In this document: piece by piece, positions 38,558-47,958 of the stretch
Position numbering within the stretch: position 1 is the stretch's first letter
Layout: each line of letters starts with the position of its first letter
Program-made: the position numbers and the translations under genes
Notes under the pieces: generated by a model
Told to the model about the DNA's origin: nothing
Seen by the model: the letters and a program-made list of their open reading frames with translations, nothing else
The model's database searches: none
Source of the DNA: Solirubrobacterales bacterium
GTDB taxonomy: Bacteria > Actinomycetota > Thermoleophilia > Solirubrobacterales > 70-9
NCBI GenBank assembly: GCA_035542315.1
Contig: DATKLT010000022.1
Span: 271-64,270 of the forward strand
Reading direction: 5' to 3'
Length of the DNA stretch: 64,000 nt

Positions 38558-39745
38558 CTAGATGCCCAGCCAGATCCGGATCTTCAGCCAGATCAGCTGG
38601 AAGACGTCGTTGAGCGCCGGCGAGGTGATGATCAGGATCGTCAGCAGGATGACGAAGGCGCCGACGAACATCAGCGCCGGGGCCAGCGTGCCGCTCGGGT
38701 TGTAGAGGCGAGAGACGCCCTTGGCGTCGACCAGCTGCTCGCCGATCCGCAGCCGCGTGAGGAAGGTGGAGGACATGCCGCCGCGCTTGCGGTCGAGGAA
38801 CTCGATCAGGTTGAAGTGGGCACCGACGCTGACGATCAGGGAGGCGCCCTTCTCGTAGGCCATCAGCATCGCGACGTCCTCGCTGGTGCCGGCGGCGGGG
38901 ACGATCCGGTGCGGTAGCCCGGCCTCGAGCAGCCGCTCGCAGCCGGGGGCGCGGCCGTCGGGATAGGCGTGGACGATCAGCTCGGCGCCGCAGGCGAGCG
39001 CAGCGTCGCTGGCCGAGTCCATGTCGCCGAGGATCACGTCGGGCTTCATCCCCGCTTCGAGCACCCCGTCGGCGCCGCCGTCGACGGCGACGATCAGCGG
39101 CCGCACGTCGCGGATGTAGGCGCGCAGCGCTTTCAGGTCGCGGCGGTGGCGCTCGCCGCGGACGACGATCAGGACGTGGCGGTCGCGGAAGGAGGCGCGG
39201 GTCGGCGGGAACTCGATCGCTCCGGTCAGCAGGTCGGTCTCCTGGCGCACGTGGGCGACGGTGTTCTCGGCGAACTCGGCCAGCGCCTCGTCGATCCGCT
39301 GCCGCTGCTCGACCAGCTGCAACTCCAGCTCGGGTTCGCTGAGGACGCGGCCGCGCAGCACCTCCCGCTCGCCGATCCGCACGCTGCCGCCGTCGACCGT
39401 GATCCGGTCGCCGTCGCGCAGCAGCTCGAAGAGGCCGGCCCCGGGAGCGTCGACGACCCTGATCCCGGCCCGGGTCAGCATCAGGGGCCCCGCGTTCGGG
39501 TACTTGCCGTTCGAAGAGGGCGAGGCGTTGAGGACGGCGGCGACGCCGGCTTCGATCAGCTCCTCGGCGGCGATCCGGTCGATGTTGACGTGGTCGATGA
39601 CCGCGACGTCGCCAGTGTGCAGACGCTTGACCAGGTGCTTGGTGCGCTCGCCGAGGCGAGCGGTGCCTTCGATCGGCGCGTCCGGGCGCCCGCCGTTCCG
39701 GCGCCCGATCAGGGCGGGAAAGCGACGGCGACTGGTGGTTGCCAC
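38558..39745 (-). CDS. steA: SteA-like cytokinetic-ring-associated protein (TPK-domain family)
   Basis: GERTKHLVKRLHTGDVAVIDHVNIDRIAAEELIEAG ... VILGDMDS, plus a C-terminal TM. Follows recN as in other actinobacteria. Confidence 0.8.
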   Translation of the reverse strand: MATTSRRRFPALIGRRNGGRPDAPIEGTARLGERTKHLVKRLHTGDVAVIDHVNIDRIAAEELIEAGVAAVLNASPSSNGKYPNAGPLMLTRAGIRVVDAPGAGLFELLRDGDRITVDGGSVRIGEREVLRGRVLSEPELELQLVEQRQRIDEALAEFAENTVAHVRQETDLLTGAIEFPPTRASFRDRHVLIVVRGERHRRDLKALRAYIRDVRPLIVAVDGGADGVLEAGMKPDVILGDMDSASDAALACGAELIVHAYPDGRAPGCERLLEAGLPHRIVPAAGTSEDVAMLMAYEKGASLIVSVGAHFNLIEFLDRKRGGMSSTFLTRLRIGEQLVDAKGVSRLYNPSGTLAPALMFVGAFVILLTILIITSPALNDVFQLIWLKIRIWLGI

Positions 39746-39794
39746 GGGCGCAGATTACTGGGACGTTTTAACGATTCCTACATTTGGCCGGAAA

Positions 39795-41477
39795 TCAGGC
39801 GGCCTTCAGCAGTTCGCGTGCGTGTTCGGTGGCCGCCTCGTTTCCGCCCTCGCCGCCGAGCATGCGGCGGATCTCCTCGACCACGCCCTCGCCGTCGAGG
39901 CGCTCGACCGTCGCTGCCGCGCGATCGCCAGCGACGTCCTTTTCCAGCCGGAAGTGGACCGCGGCGAGCGAGGCGACCTGCGGCAGGTGCGTGATGCAGA
40001 GAACCTGGCGCTCGCTTCCCAGCGCCCGCAGTCTCTCCCCCACGACCCGCGCTGTGTTGCCGCCGATGCCGGCGTCGATCTCGTCGAAGACGAGAGTGCC
40101 GGCGCTGCCGCCGGCACCGAGCCCGCTCAGCGCCAGCATCACCCGCGAGAGCTCGCCCCCCGATGCGGCGTCGCGCAGCGGAGCCGGCTCGATTCCGGGG
40201 TTCGGCGCGACCCGCAGCTCGACCGTCTCCCGCCCGCTCGGCCCGAACCCGTCGGGGTGCGGCTCGAGCACGACCTCGAGCCGGGCGCCGGCCATCGCCA
40301 GCTGCTCGAGCTCGGCCGCGACCCGCTGCTCGAGCGGCCCGGCGGCGGCAACGCGGCCCTCGCTCAGTCGCTGGCCAAGCTCGGCGCGACGCGCCTCGGC
40401 CTCGGCCAGCGCCGCCGCTGCCTCGGCGCCGCGGGTCCCAGCGCCCTCGAGGCGCTCGATCTCCGCCCGGCAGCGCTCGGCGTGGGCGAGCACGGACTCG
40501 ACGCTGCCGCCGTGCTTGCGCTCGAGCCGATCGACCGCTTCCAGCCGCTCCTCGACCGTGAACAACTCGCCGGGGTCGGACTCGATCCCCTCGACGTAAC
40601 CGCGCAGCTCCGAGCCGACGTCGCCGAGCTCGACCGCCAGCGCCGCGACCCGCTCGGCCAGCGCGTCGAGGTCCGGGTCGAGGCCGGCCGCGCCATGCAG
40701 CAGCGATTCGGCCTGGCCGAGCGCCGCCACGGCACCGCCCCCGTCTTCCTCCGCCCCGGCGAGCCCGGCATGGGCTCCGGCCGCCGCATCGCGCAATCCT
40801 TCGGCATGGCGCAGACGCTCGCGCCGCGCCGCCAGCTCCTCGCGCTCCTCCGGCGTCGGCGCCACCTCCTCGATCTCGGCCAGCTCGTAGCGGTAGAGAT
40901 CGAGGTCGCGCTCTCGCGAGCCCTCGCGCTCGCGCAGCTCGGCCAGCTCGGCGGCAAGCCTGCCGCAATCGCGATGGGCTTCCCGGTAGCCCTCGCGCAG
41001 CGCCAGGTGCTCAGCGCCGGCGAAGCCGTCGAGGATCTCGAGCTGGGCCGAGGCGATCGTCAGCTTGCGGTGCTCGTGCTGGCCGTAGAAGGCGAGCAGG
41101 CGGCCGCCGAGCAGCTTCAGGTCGGCGGCGGTGGCGGCGCGGCCGGCGACGAAGGCGCTGGTCCGCCCGCCCTCGGAGACGCGGCGGCCGAGCACGATCT
41201 CGTCGGTCCCCTCGGGCAGCCGCTGCGCCAGCTCGGCGAGCTCAGGCTCGTCGAGCAGCCCCCCGGGCAGATCGAAGACGCCCTCGACCCAGGCCTCGGC
41301 GGCGCCCGGGCGGACGATCCCAGCCCGTGCTTTCCCGCCCATCAGGAGGTCGAGCGAGTGGGCGAGGACGGTCTTGCCGGCGCCGGTCTCACCGGTGATC
41401 GCGTTGAGCCCCTGGCCGAGGCGTAGCTCGGCACGCTCGATCAGCAGCAGGTTCTCGATCCGCAGCTCACGCAGCAC
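39795..41477 (-). CDS. recN: DNA repair protein RecN
   Basis: MLRELRIENLLLIERAELRLGQGLNAITGETGAGKT (Walker A) and C-terminal LVFDEIDAGIGG. Confidence 0.95.
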   Translation of the reverse strand: MLRELRIENLLLIERAELRLGQGLNAITGETGAGKTVLAHSLDLLMGGKARAGIVRPGAAEAWVEGVFDLPGGLLDEPELAELAQRLPEGTDEIVLGRRVSEGGRTSAFVAGRAATAADLKLLGGRLLAFYGQHEHRKLTIASAQLEILDGFAGAEHLALREGYREAHRDCGRLAAELAELREREGSRERDLDLYRYELAEIEEVAPTPEEREELAARRERLRHAEGLRDAAAGAHAGLAGAEEDGGGAVAALGQAESLLHGAAGLDPDLDALAERVAALAVELGDVGSELRGYVEGIESDPGELFTVEERLEAVDRLERKHGGSVESVLAHAERCRAEIERLEGAGTRGAEAAAALAEAEARRAELGQRLSEGRVAAAGPLEQRVAAELEQLAMAGARLEVVLEPHPDGFGPSGRETVELRVAPNPGIEPAPLRDAASGGELSRVMLALSGLGAGGSAGTLVFDEIDAGIGGNTARVVGERLRALGSERQVLCITHLPQVASLAAVHFRLEKDVAGDRAAATVERLDGEGVVEEIRRMLGGEGGNEAATEHARELLKAA

Positions 41478-41526
41478 CGTTCCTGTCTAGCAACGGGGGC
41501 GGATCGAACCCGCGGCTTTTCCCGCT

Positions 41527-43071
41527 CTATGCGGCAGCCGGCTCGGCGGACTCGGCCGGCTCGGCCGGCCCACTCGTCTGCTGGACGAAGAAGCGCGAGC
41601 GGGTGAGGACGAAGCCGAGACCGGCGCCGATGAAGGAGAGGATCGCGGCGATCAGCAAGATCTCGTTGAAACCGCTGACGAAGGCGATGTCCGAGGCGCG
41701 TTCGACCGCCGGCCGCAGCGCTTTCGGCGTCACTTCCCCGGCCGCTTTCGAACCGCCGGAGGCGACCAGTTCGCCCAGCGCATGCGACGCATGCGGCAGC
41801 AATTCGCCCAGCTTCGAGTTGACCCGCGACTGGAAGACCGCGCCGAGCGCGGCGACGCCGGTGGCGACGCCGACCTGGCGGAAGGTCGTGTTGATCCCCG
41901 ATCCCATGCCCGATTTCTGCACCGGGACGACGGCGATCGCCGCCTGACCGATGCCGGGGTTGGCGATGCCGATGCCGATGCCGGCGGCGACGAATCCCGC
42001 CAGCAGCGTCGTCCAACTCGAATCGGGCGTGACGCCGTGCATCAGCAGCAGGCCGACGCCGACCAGCCCGAGCCCGGCACCGAGCAGGATCCGGATCGGG
42101 ACTTTGTGCGAAAGCGATCCCGCGATCGGCGAGGCGACGAACGAGAGCACGGTCATCGGCAGGAAGCGCAGGCCGGCTTCCAACGGCGAGAAGTCGAGCA
42201 CACCCTGCAGGTAGATCGTGATGTAGAGGAACATCGCGAACATCCCGGCGGAGAGGCAGAAGGCCACCGCCGAAACCCCGTTGAAGGCGGGGTTTCGGAA
42301 CAGCGAGAGGTCGAGCATCGGGTGGTCGGAGCGGCGCTCGATCGCGATGAAGGCGGCGAGCAGAGCGACGGCGCCGATCAGGCAGGTGAGGATCGGCGCG
42401 CTCCCCCAGCCCTCTGCGTTGCCGCGAATCAGGCCGAAGACGAGGAGGAAGAGCGCCGCCGAGAAGGTGACGAGGCCGGGCAGATCGATCGGTTCGGGGT
42501 CGTCGGCGTAGACGTTGACGATCTTGCGCTCGGTGAGGACGATGGCGGCGATCCCGATCGGCACGTTGACGAAGAAGATCCATTCCCAGCCGAGGTGCTC
42601 GGTGATGACGCCGCCGACCAGCGGCCCAACCGCGACCGCGCCTCCGATCGTCGCCCCCCAGACGCCGAAGGCCGTCGCCCGGTCTTTGCCGTGGAACTCC
42701 TGGCCGATCAGCGCCAGCGAGGTGGCGAACATGCCGGCGGCGCCGATCCCCTGCAGGCCGCGGGCGAGGTTGAGCAGGGTCGGGTCGCCGGAGATGCCGC
42801 AGAGGAACGAGGCAAAGGTGAAGACCGCGAACCCGATCGTGAAGACGCGGCGGCGTCCGAGCCGGTCGCCCAGCGAACCGGCGGTGAGCAGGAAGGCGGC
42901 CAGCATCAGTGAGTAGGCGTCGACGACCCACTGCAGGCTGGAGAGGCTGGCGTGCAGTTCCTCCCGTATGTCCGGCAGGGCGACGTTGACGACGGTGACG
43001 TCGAGCAGCAGCATGAACGTCGCCACCGAGACCAGGACCAGGGTCCACCACTTGCGCTCCATCGTCAGCAC
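41527..43071 (-). CDS. MFS transporter, DHA2 (EmrB/QacA, 14-TM) type
   Basis: WWTLVLVSVATFMLLLDVTVVNVALP, LGDRLGRRRVF, 14 hydrophobic spans by eye. Confidence 0.9.
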   Translation of the reverse strand: MLTMERKWWTLVLVSVATFMLLLDVTVVNVALPDIREELHASLSSLQWVVDAYSLMLAAFLLTAGSLGDRLGRRRVFTIGFAVFTFASFLCGISGDPTLLNLARGLQGIGAAGMFATSLALIGQEFHGKDRATAFGVWGATIGGAVAVGPLVGGVITEHLGWEWIFFVNVPIGIAAIVLTERKIVNVYADDPEPIDLPGLVTFSAALFLLVFGLIRGNAEGWGSAPILTCLIGAVALLAAFIAIERRSDHPMLDLSLFRNPAFNGVSAVAFCLSAGMFAMFLYITIYLQGVLDFSPLEAGLRFLPMTVLSFVASPIAGSLSHKVPIRILLGAGLGLVGVGLLLMHGVTPDSSWTTLLAGFVAAGIGIGIANPGIGQAAIAVVPVQKSGMGSGINTTFRQVGVATGVAALGAVFQSRVNSKLGELLPHASHALGELVASGGSKAAGEVTPKALRPAVERASDIAFVSGFNEILLIAAILSFIGAGLGFVLTRSRFFVQQTSGPAEPAESAEPAAA

Positions 43072-43099
43072 CCTAGAGAACCGCTGAGGTCGGCTTGAA

Positions 43100-43942
43100 T
43101 CAGACCGCGAGGTGCCCGAACTTCTCCCGTATGCGCTGGTAGAAGCTGGTGCCGGGAAGCTGGGCGAGGCGACCGGCGGCGTCGGAGAAGCGGACCTCGA
43201 GCCACTCCCCCGCCGGCAGGTCGCCGAATCGGTTGCCGTCGACAGCGACCTCGACCGGCTCGCGCGCGGTCGCGTTGCCGACGTGGAGGACGTCGCCGGG
43301 GGCGACGACGAGCGCCCGCGCGGTCAGCGAGTGCGGTGCGATGTAGCTGACGACGTAGCCCTTGACGCCCCAGGCGAGGATCGGGCCCTGGTTGGCGAGG
43401 TTGTAGCCGGTCGAGCCGGCGGGCGTGGCGGCGACGAGGCCGTCGCAGCGGACGTGGCCGACCTCCTCGCCGGCGATCCGGTAGCTGAGCTCGGCGACGC
43501 GGTCGTGCGGGCGGCGCGAGAGCGTGATGTCGTTGAAGCCGAGCGCCGTCTCGCCGGCGCAGCTGACTTCCAGGCCCGGCAGGCCGATCACCTCGATCTC
43601 GCCGCCGAGGGCGCGGCGGATCCCGGCCGCCGCCTCGCCGCGGTCGACGGCGGCGAGGAAACCGACGGTGCCGAAGTTGACGCCGAAGACGGGGATGGCG
43701 GTGCCGGCGTAGCGGCGCAGCCCATGCAGGATCGAGCCGTCGCCGCCGAGGACGATGCAGAGCTCGGGCCGGTCGTCTGGGCCGGCGAGGTCGATCCCGT
43801 CGCAAGCGGCGCCGTGCTTGTCGAACTCCTGCGCGTCGGCGACGAGGCGCCAACCGGTTTCCGCGGCGATCGCGGCGGCGATCGCCACCGCCTCGGTGGC
43901 GGCGGGGGGATGGGAGTGGGTGATCAGGTCCGCGGTCTTCAT
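43100..43942 (-). CDS. nadK: NAD kinase
   Basis: The last 280 codons of track ORF 43100..44470. CIVLGGDGSILH, GVNFGTVGFL, ATPAGSTGYNLA. Its ATG overlaps the tlyA stop (ATGA). Confidence 0.9.
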   Translation of the reverse strand: MKTADLITHSHPPAATEAVAIAAAIAAETGWRLVADAQEFDKHGAACDGIDLAGPDDRPELCIVLGGDGSILHGLRRYAGTAIPVFGVNFGTVGFLAAVDRGEAAAGIRRALGGEIEVIGLPGLEVSCAGETALGFNDITLSRRPHDRVAELSYRIAGEEVGHVRCDGLVAATPAGSTGYNLANQGPILAWGVKGYVVSYIAPHSLTARALVVAPGDVLHVGNATAREPVEVAVDGNRFGDLPAGEWLEVRFSDAAGRLAQLPGTSFYQRIREKFGHLAV

Positions 43943-44760
43943 CGGGTTCGGTCCTCGGGGGACGCATCGTCGCCGACCGGCGCCTCGGCCGCAGCGATCG
44001 CCGCCAGCAGGTCGGAAACGACCGGCCCCTCTCCCCCGCACCAGACGAAGGTCTCGCGGTTGCCCTTCGGCCCCGGCAGCCCGGAGGAGGCGAATCCGCG
44101 CACCGGCAGCCCGATCTCGGCGGCCGCTTCGGCGACGCGCAGGATCGCCTCGTGGCGGTCGCCGTCGTCGCGGACGACCCCCCTTCCGACCCGCTCTCGG
44201 CCCAACTCGAACTGGGGCTTGACCATCGCCAGCGCCTCGCCCCCGGGAGCGAGACAGGGGGTGACCGCCGGCAGCACCTTGGTCAGCGAGATGAAGGAGA
44301 CGTCGATGACGGCGAGCGAGGGGACGAAGGGGAGGTCGGCCGGCGTCAGCGCGCGCGCGTTGAGCCGCTCGATTACCGCCACCCGCGTGTCCTCGCGCAG
44401 GCGCAGGTCGAGCTGTCCGTAGGCGACGTCGACGGCGGCGACACGGGCGGCGCCGCGCTGCAGCAGGCAATCGGTGAAGCCCCCGGTCGAGGCGCCGACG
44501 TCGAGGCAGTCGCGGTCGCTGACGTCGATCGCGAGCGCCTCGAGCGCGTTCTCGAGCTTGATCCCGCCGCGCGAGACGTACCGCGGCCCCGGATCGACGA
44601 CCAGCGTCGCCTCCGGCTCGACCAGCTGGCTCGGCCTCAGCGCCACCGGCCCGTCGCGGCCGATCCGAACTTCGCCGGCGCGGACGGCACCGGCCGCCGC
44701 CGACCGCGACGGGAATAGGCCCCTCTCGGCCAAAACTGCGTCTATTCGGGCCTTCTTCAC
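43939..44760 (-). CDS. tlyA: TlyA-family rRNA 2'-O-methyltransferase (S4 + FtsJ domains)
   Basis: ARIDAVLAERGLFPSRSAA..., YVSRGGIKLE, LDVGASTGGFTDCLL, MVKPQFE. Confidence 0.9.
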   Translation of the reverse strand: MKKARIDAVLAERGLFPSRSAAAGAVRAGEVRIGRDGPVALRPSQLVEPEATLVVDPGPRYVSRGGIKLENALEALAIDVSDRDCLDVGASTGGFTDCLLQRGAARVAAVDVAYGQLDLRLREDTRVAVIERLNARALTPADLPFVPSLAVIDVSFISLTKVLPAVTPCLAPGGEALAMVKPQFELGRERVGRGVVRDDGDRHEAILRVAEAAAEIGLPVRGFASSGLPGPKGNRETFVWCGGEGPVVSDLLAAIAAAEAPVGDDASPEDRTR

Positions 44761-45177
44761 GGCGAAAACGCTACCGCCAGGCCCTCGAGGCCCCCAAATT
44801 GGACGTTTATTGGGCCTTCAACCCCAATTGCAACAATTCTTTGACCACTTTTACCCCCAAGAAGTGATCTACTCTCATCAGAACTGGGGTACTTGGATAC
44901 CAGTTAGCCCGAAAAACGCCGATTTATCCCCCCACGCAGGGGGATCTGTGATCGCCCTCACACACAAATCGCACGTATGTTCGTACGCTGATCAAGGATT
45001 CGTTGAAGGAAACCGATGAAGGAGCAAGACAAGACTTTTTGGCTGAGTCCCGCGTCGTAAATATGGCCCCAGTTGCTTCCCACAACTGGCGCCCACGACA
45101 CAACTGGGCTCACCTACCTCCCACGGATCCACATATATAGAGATACATATCTCTCCTCCCTGTAGTAACCCCAGAAG

Positions 45178-45209
45178 CGCCCCGCCTCCCCGGCGGGGCG
45201 TTTTCTGTT
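45178..45209 (+). terminator. intrinsic terminator, + strand
   Basis: CGCCCCGCC-tcccc-GGCGGGGCG (9-bp GC stem) followed by TTTTCTGTT. The poor T-run on the other strand argues it serves a + strand transcript. Confidence 0.6.
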
Positions 45210-45221
45210 ATGGGGGTCCGG

Positions 45222-45386
45222 CTAGCGCGCTCGTCCCGTAGGGGGCCGTCGGCGACTGGCGTCGCGTTTGTCTTCCCGTCGCTTCTGAACGCTCCTCGTT
45301 CTGAGAATCCCGATGACGACGATCAGGACGGGGACGACGTAGAACGTCCACAGCCAGTGCCCGAGATGCGCGAGAGGCAGGATCAT
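45222..45386 (-). CDS. candidate 54-aa single-TM protein translationally coupled to the upstream membrane protein
   Basis: MILPLAHLGHWLWTFYVVPVLIVVIGILRTRSVQKRREDK... Its ATG overlaps the stop of 45383..46774 (ATGA). Taken from the tail of the artefactual track ORF 45222..46835. Confidence 0.4.
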   Translation of the reverse strand: MILPLAHLGHWLWTFYVVPVLIVVIGILRTRSVQKRREDKRDASRRRPPTGRAR

Positions 45387-46774
45387 GCGTTGGCCGAGAG
45401 CAGGTAGAGGCCGAAGCAGGTGAAGGCGATCATCACCGCCAGCATCCAGTATTGGGACTGGGTCGCCAGTCGATAGTCCTTCCAGTAGACGAGGGCGCGG
45501 TCGTGGGCCAGGGCCAGGCCGAGGACGTGGCCTGCGATCAGGGCGACGACCTGCACGTACCAGATTGCGTTGCCGCTGAGGACGTGGAAGTCGATCGCGC
45601 CGGATGCCGTGCCGAACAGATCGGTGTTCGCGGTCCCCAGCGGGTCGGAGAGCAGGTAGGTGAACTGCGCCTGCTCCTGGTAGACGAAGAGGCTGAAGTA
45701 GTGGGCGATCAGATAAGCGAGCGCGATCGGGATCAGGGTGTGGGCGAAGCCGATCCGCAGCTTCGCGGTGGAGGGAGCGCGCGGGATGCTGCGCATGCCG
45801 CGGATGCCGAGCGCGTAGATCAGCCCGACGCCGGCGAAGGTAGCGAGCATGAAGACGGTGTCGGTGAGCCGGAGTGCGGTAATCAGGCTGATGCCGGTGT
45901 CGGCGACGTCGCCGAAGACGCTTTCGATCGCCCCTTTGAACGCGCCCTCCTGGGCCCCGTCGAAGCTGGTCGAGGAGATCGAGGCGATGACGACCGCGGC
46001 GGAGCCCGGCATCGTCGCCCACTTGGTCGCCGCCGAGAGCGGCTTGCGCCAGCCGAGCCTGCCGCGCTGGACGCCGATCGGGGCGAGCTCGGAGAACATC
46101 CCGAAGTAGACCGAGAACACCTCGCCGCGCTCGCACCACTCCTCGACTCCGAACAGCGCCATCATCGCCAGCGTGTAAGCGCTGTAGAGGAGGGCGGCGG
46201 TGCCGGCGACGTGAGGGTCGAGGCCGACCGCCACTCCCCCGGTCGAGCCGTAGACGACCTCCAGCCAGACGAAGGCGAGCAGGCCCACCGCGGCAGGCCA
46301 GCGACCGAGCGCTCGCGGGTAGGCAAGGTGCGCGGAGCGCTGCCCGGCGACCAGGCGAAAGCCGCCGCCGCCGACCCGCCCGATCGCCCGCCACGGGTTG
46401 AAGGGCCGGAAGATGTTGCCGAGAAGGGCCGAGAAGAAGGGAAAGCCGATCCAGGCCGTGATGAAAAGGAACGTGATCGCGAAGTTGCGATCGGGGGCTT
46501 CGCTGCCGCGCAGACCCGAATAGATGGCGACGCCGAGGAGAAAGACGCCGATCGCGCCGCAGACGATCTGCGCCGGCCAGCCCAGGATCGCATTGGAGAC
46601 CCCGGCGACGATCGGCCGCCAGCGTTCGTTCTCGAAGCGCGGCGTTCGCCAGGCGACCGAGAGGGCGAAGAAGGAGGCGATCAGGACGATCGAGGCCGCC
46701 CAGGCGAAGAGCCAGGCCGGGATCGGCAGATCCTGCTTGACGATCAGTGCGTGTGCGAAGGGAATGAAGCTCAT
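45383..46774 (-). CDS. polytopic membrane protein of unknown function (distal gene of the copper cluster)
   Basis: 463 aa with about 12 hydrophobic spans. No family recognised. Confidence 0.65.
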   Translation of the reverse strand: MSFIPFAHALIVKQDLPIPAWLFAWAASIVLIASFFALSVAWRTPRFENERWRPIVAGVSNAILGWPAQIVCGAIGVFLLGVAIYSGLRGSEAPDRNFAITFLFITAWIGFPFFSALLGNIFRPFNPWRAIGRVGGGGFRLVAGQRSAHLAYPRALGRWPAAVGLLAFVWLEVVYGSTGGVAVGLDPHVAGTAALLYSAYTLAMMALFGVEEWCERGEVFSVYFGMFSELAPIGVQRGRLGWRKPLSAATKWATMPGSAAVVIASISSTSFDGAQEGAFKGAIESVFGDVADTGISLITALRLTDTVFMLATFAGVGLIYALGIRGMRSIPRAPSTAKLRIGFAHTLIPIALAYLIAHYFSLFVYQEQAQFTYLLSDPLGTANTDLFGTASGAIDFHVLSGNAIWYVQVVALIAGHVLGLALAHDRALVYWKDYRLATQSQYWMLAVMIAFTCFGLYLLSANA

Positions 46775-46846
46775 GAGCTCTCTCGCGACCTAGGACGGAG
46801 ACGGCACCGGGCAGGCGGATCGGCCTGCCCGGCACCCACCGGCTGC

Positions 46847-47584
46847 TTAAACGGTCGCACCTCCCTTCGCGGAGCGGCGCGAGATGACGAGGGCGGCACC
46901 GCCGACGATCAGCCCGAGCGCGCCGACGATCAGCGCGGCGATCCCGAGGCCCTTGCTGGCACTGTCGCCGGAGCCTGAGCTGGCGCTTGCTTCGCCGCTG
47001 CTGGCTTCGCTGGCCGCGCCTTCGGCAGCACCCGGCGCAGGCGGTGCGGTCTCCGATCCGGCCACGTCCTGCAGCACCCCGCCGGGCGCGGTGACGTCGA
47101 TCTGCGGCGCCGGCTCTTCGGATTCGGGAGCGCCGATCCAGCGCACGACTTCGCCGTTGTCGTAGTACTGCAGCGTCTTGAAGGTCAGCTCTTCGCCTTC
47201 CTTGCCGGGGATCTCGGTCGAGATTGGGAAGTCGAGGAACTGGCCGGGCGGGATCGCCGCTTCCTTGTCGGCGCTCCAGACGATCTCCTTGACGCCTTCG
47301 GTGACTTCGCCGTCGTCGGTCTGCACCGGCTTGGCGAGCTTGGCGGTGATCACCTTCGGGGTCCAGCCCGGCATGAATTCGGGCGAGACGTCGATGAAGC
47401 CGGGCGGGAACTGAACCGCGACTTTGGTCGTCTTGGCATTGTCGGTCTCGTTCGGCACCCGGATCCCGAGCGTCGCGAAGGACCCGGCCGGAACCTCGTT
47501 GGGATGCAGGCTGACGTGAGCCTGAGCGATCCCAGGCAGGGCAAGCGAGCAGAGGAGCGCAGCTGAGAATGCGATTCGTCGCAT
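46847..47584 (-). CDS. ycnI: YcnI-family (DUF1775) copper-binding protein with C-terminal TM anchor
   Basis: MRRIAFSAALLCSLALPGIAQAHVSLHPNEVPAGSFATLGIRVPNE (the His after cleavage is the family hallmark). GAAAGGAAA Shine-Dalgarno sequence. The rest of the 1176-aa track ORF is artefact. Confidence 0.8.
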   Translation of the reverse strand: MRRIAFSAALLCSLALPGIAQAHVSLHPNEVPAGSFATLGIRVPNETDNAKTTKVAVQFPPGFIDVSPEFMPGWTPKVITAKLAKPVQTDDGEVTEGVKEIVWSADKEAAIPPGQFLDFPISTEIPGKEGEELTFKTLQYYDNGEVVRWIGAPESEEPAPQIDVTAPGGVLQDVAGSETAPPAPGAAEGAASEASSGEASASSGSGDSASKGLGIAALIVGALGLIVGGAALVISRRSAKGGATV

Positions 47585-47958
47585 CGTGGATTTCCTTTCG
47601 TCGGTTCTTGGCGACTGCGCGGGCCGCGCGAGCTGCGCGACCGCAGGGTGCGGCGGCGCGCGGCCTGCCAGAGCCGATGCGAGGAGGGCACCGCCGCGTG
47701 GCAGCGGCGCGAGGACAGGGAGCCGGCGCGGATGCCGCGTCGGAGCGCGGCCATGTCGGCGACGCGGGTGGTCGATCACGGCGCGCAGCAAGCGCTCGCC
47801 CGGGTAGCGACCGAGGACCAACGGCCCGAGGAGCAGCAACGCCGGGGCCAGGTAGAGCAGGCTCGATTCGGAGAAGCCGAACTGGAGGCCGACGATTGCA
47901 GCCAGCAGCACCGCGGTCGAGCCGAGGATCGCCAGGGAGAGAGGGGTCCTTGCGGGCC

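Noticed and set aside
41495-41516. GGGGGCGGATCGAACCCGCGGC upstream of recN, as a LexA (SOS) box or tRNA fragment
   Set aside because: Only one TCGAAC half-site is present. The partner GTTCGA or GTTC at the required 4-nt spacing is absent, and no tRNA stems fit. A lineage-specific SOS motif cannot be excluded without comparative data.
45146-45148. 12-codon minus-strand micro-ORF (MYLYICGSVGGR) behind GGGAGGAGAG in the non-coding island
   Set aside because: It is too short and has no supporting feature. The Shine-Dalgarno-like string is the complement of the CTCTCCTCCC following the near-palindrome. Kept only as part of the general non-coding-island finding.
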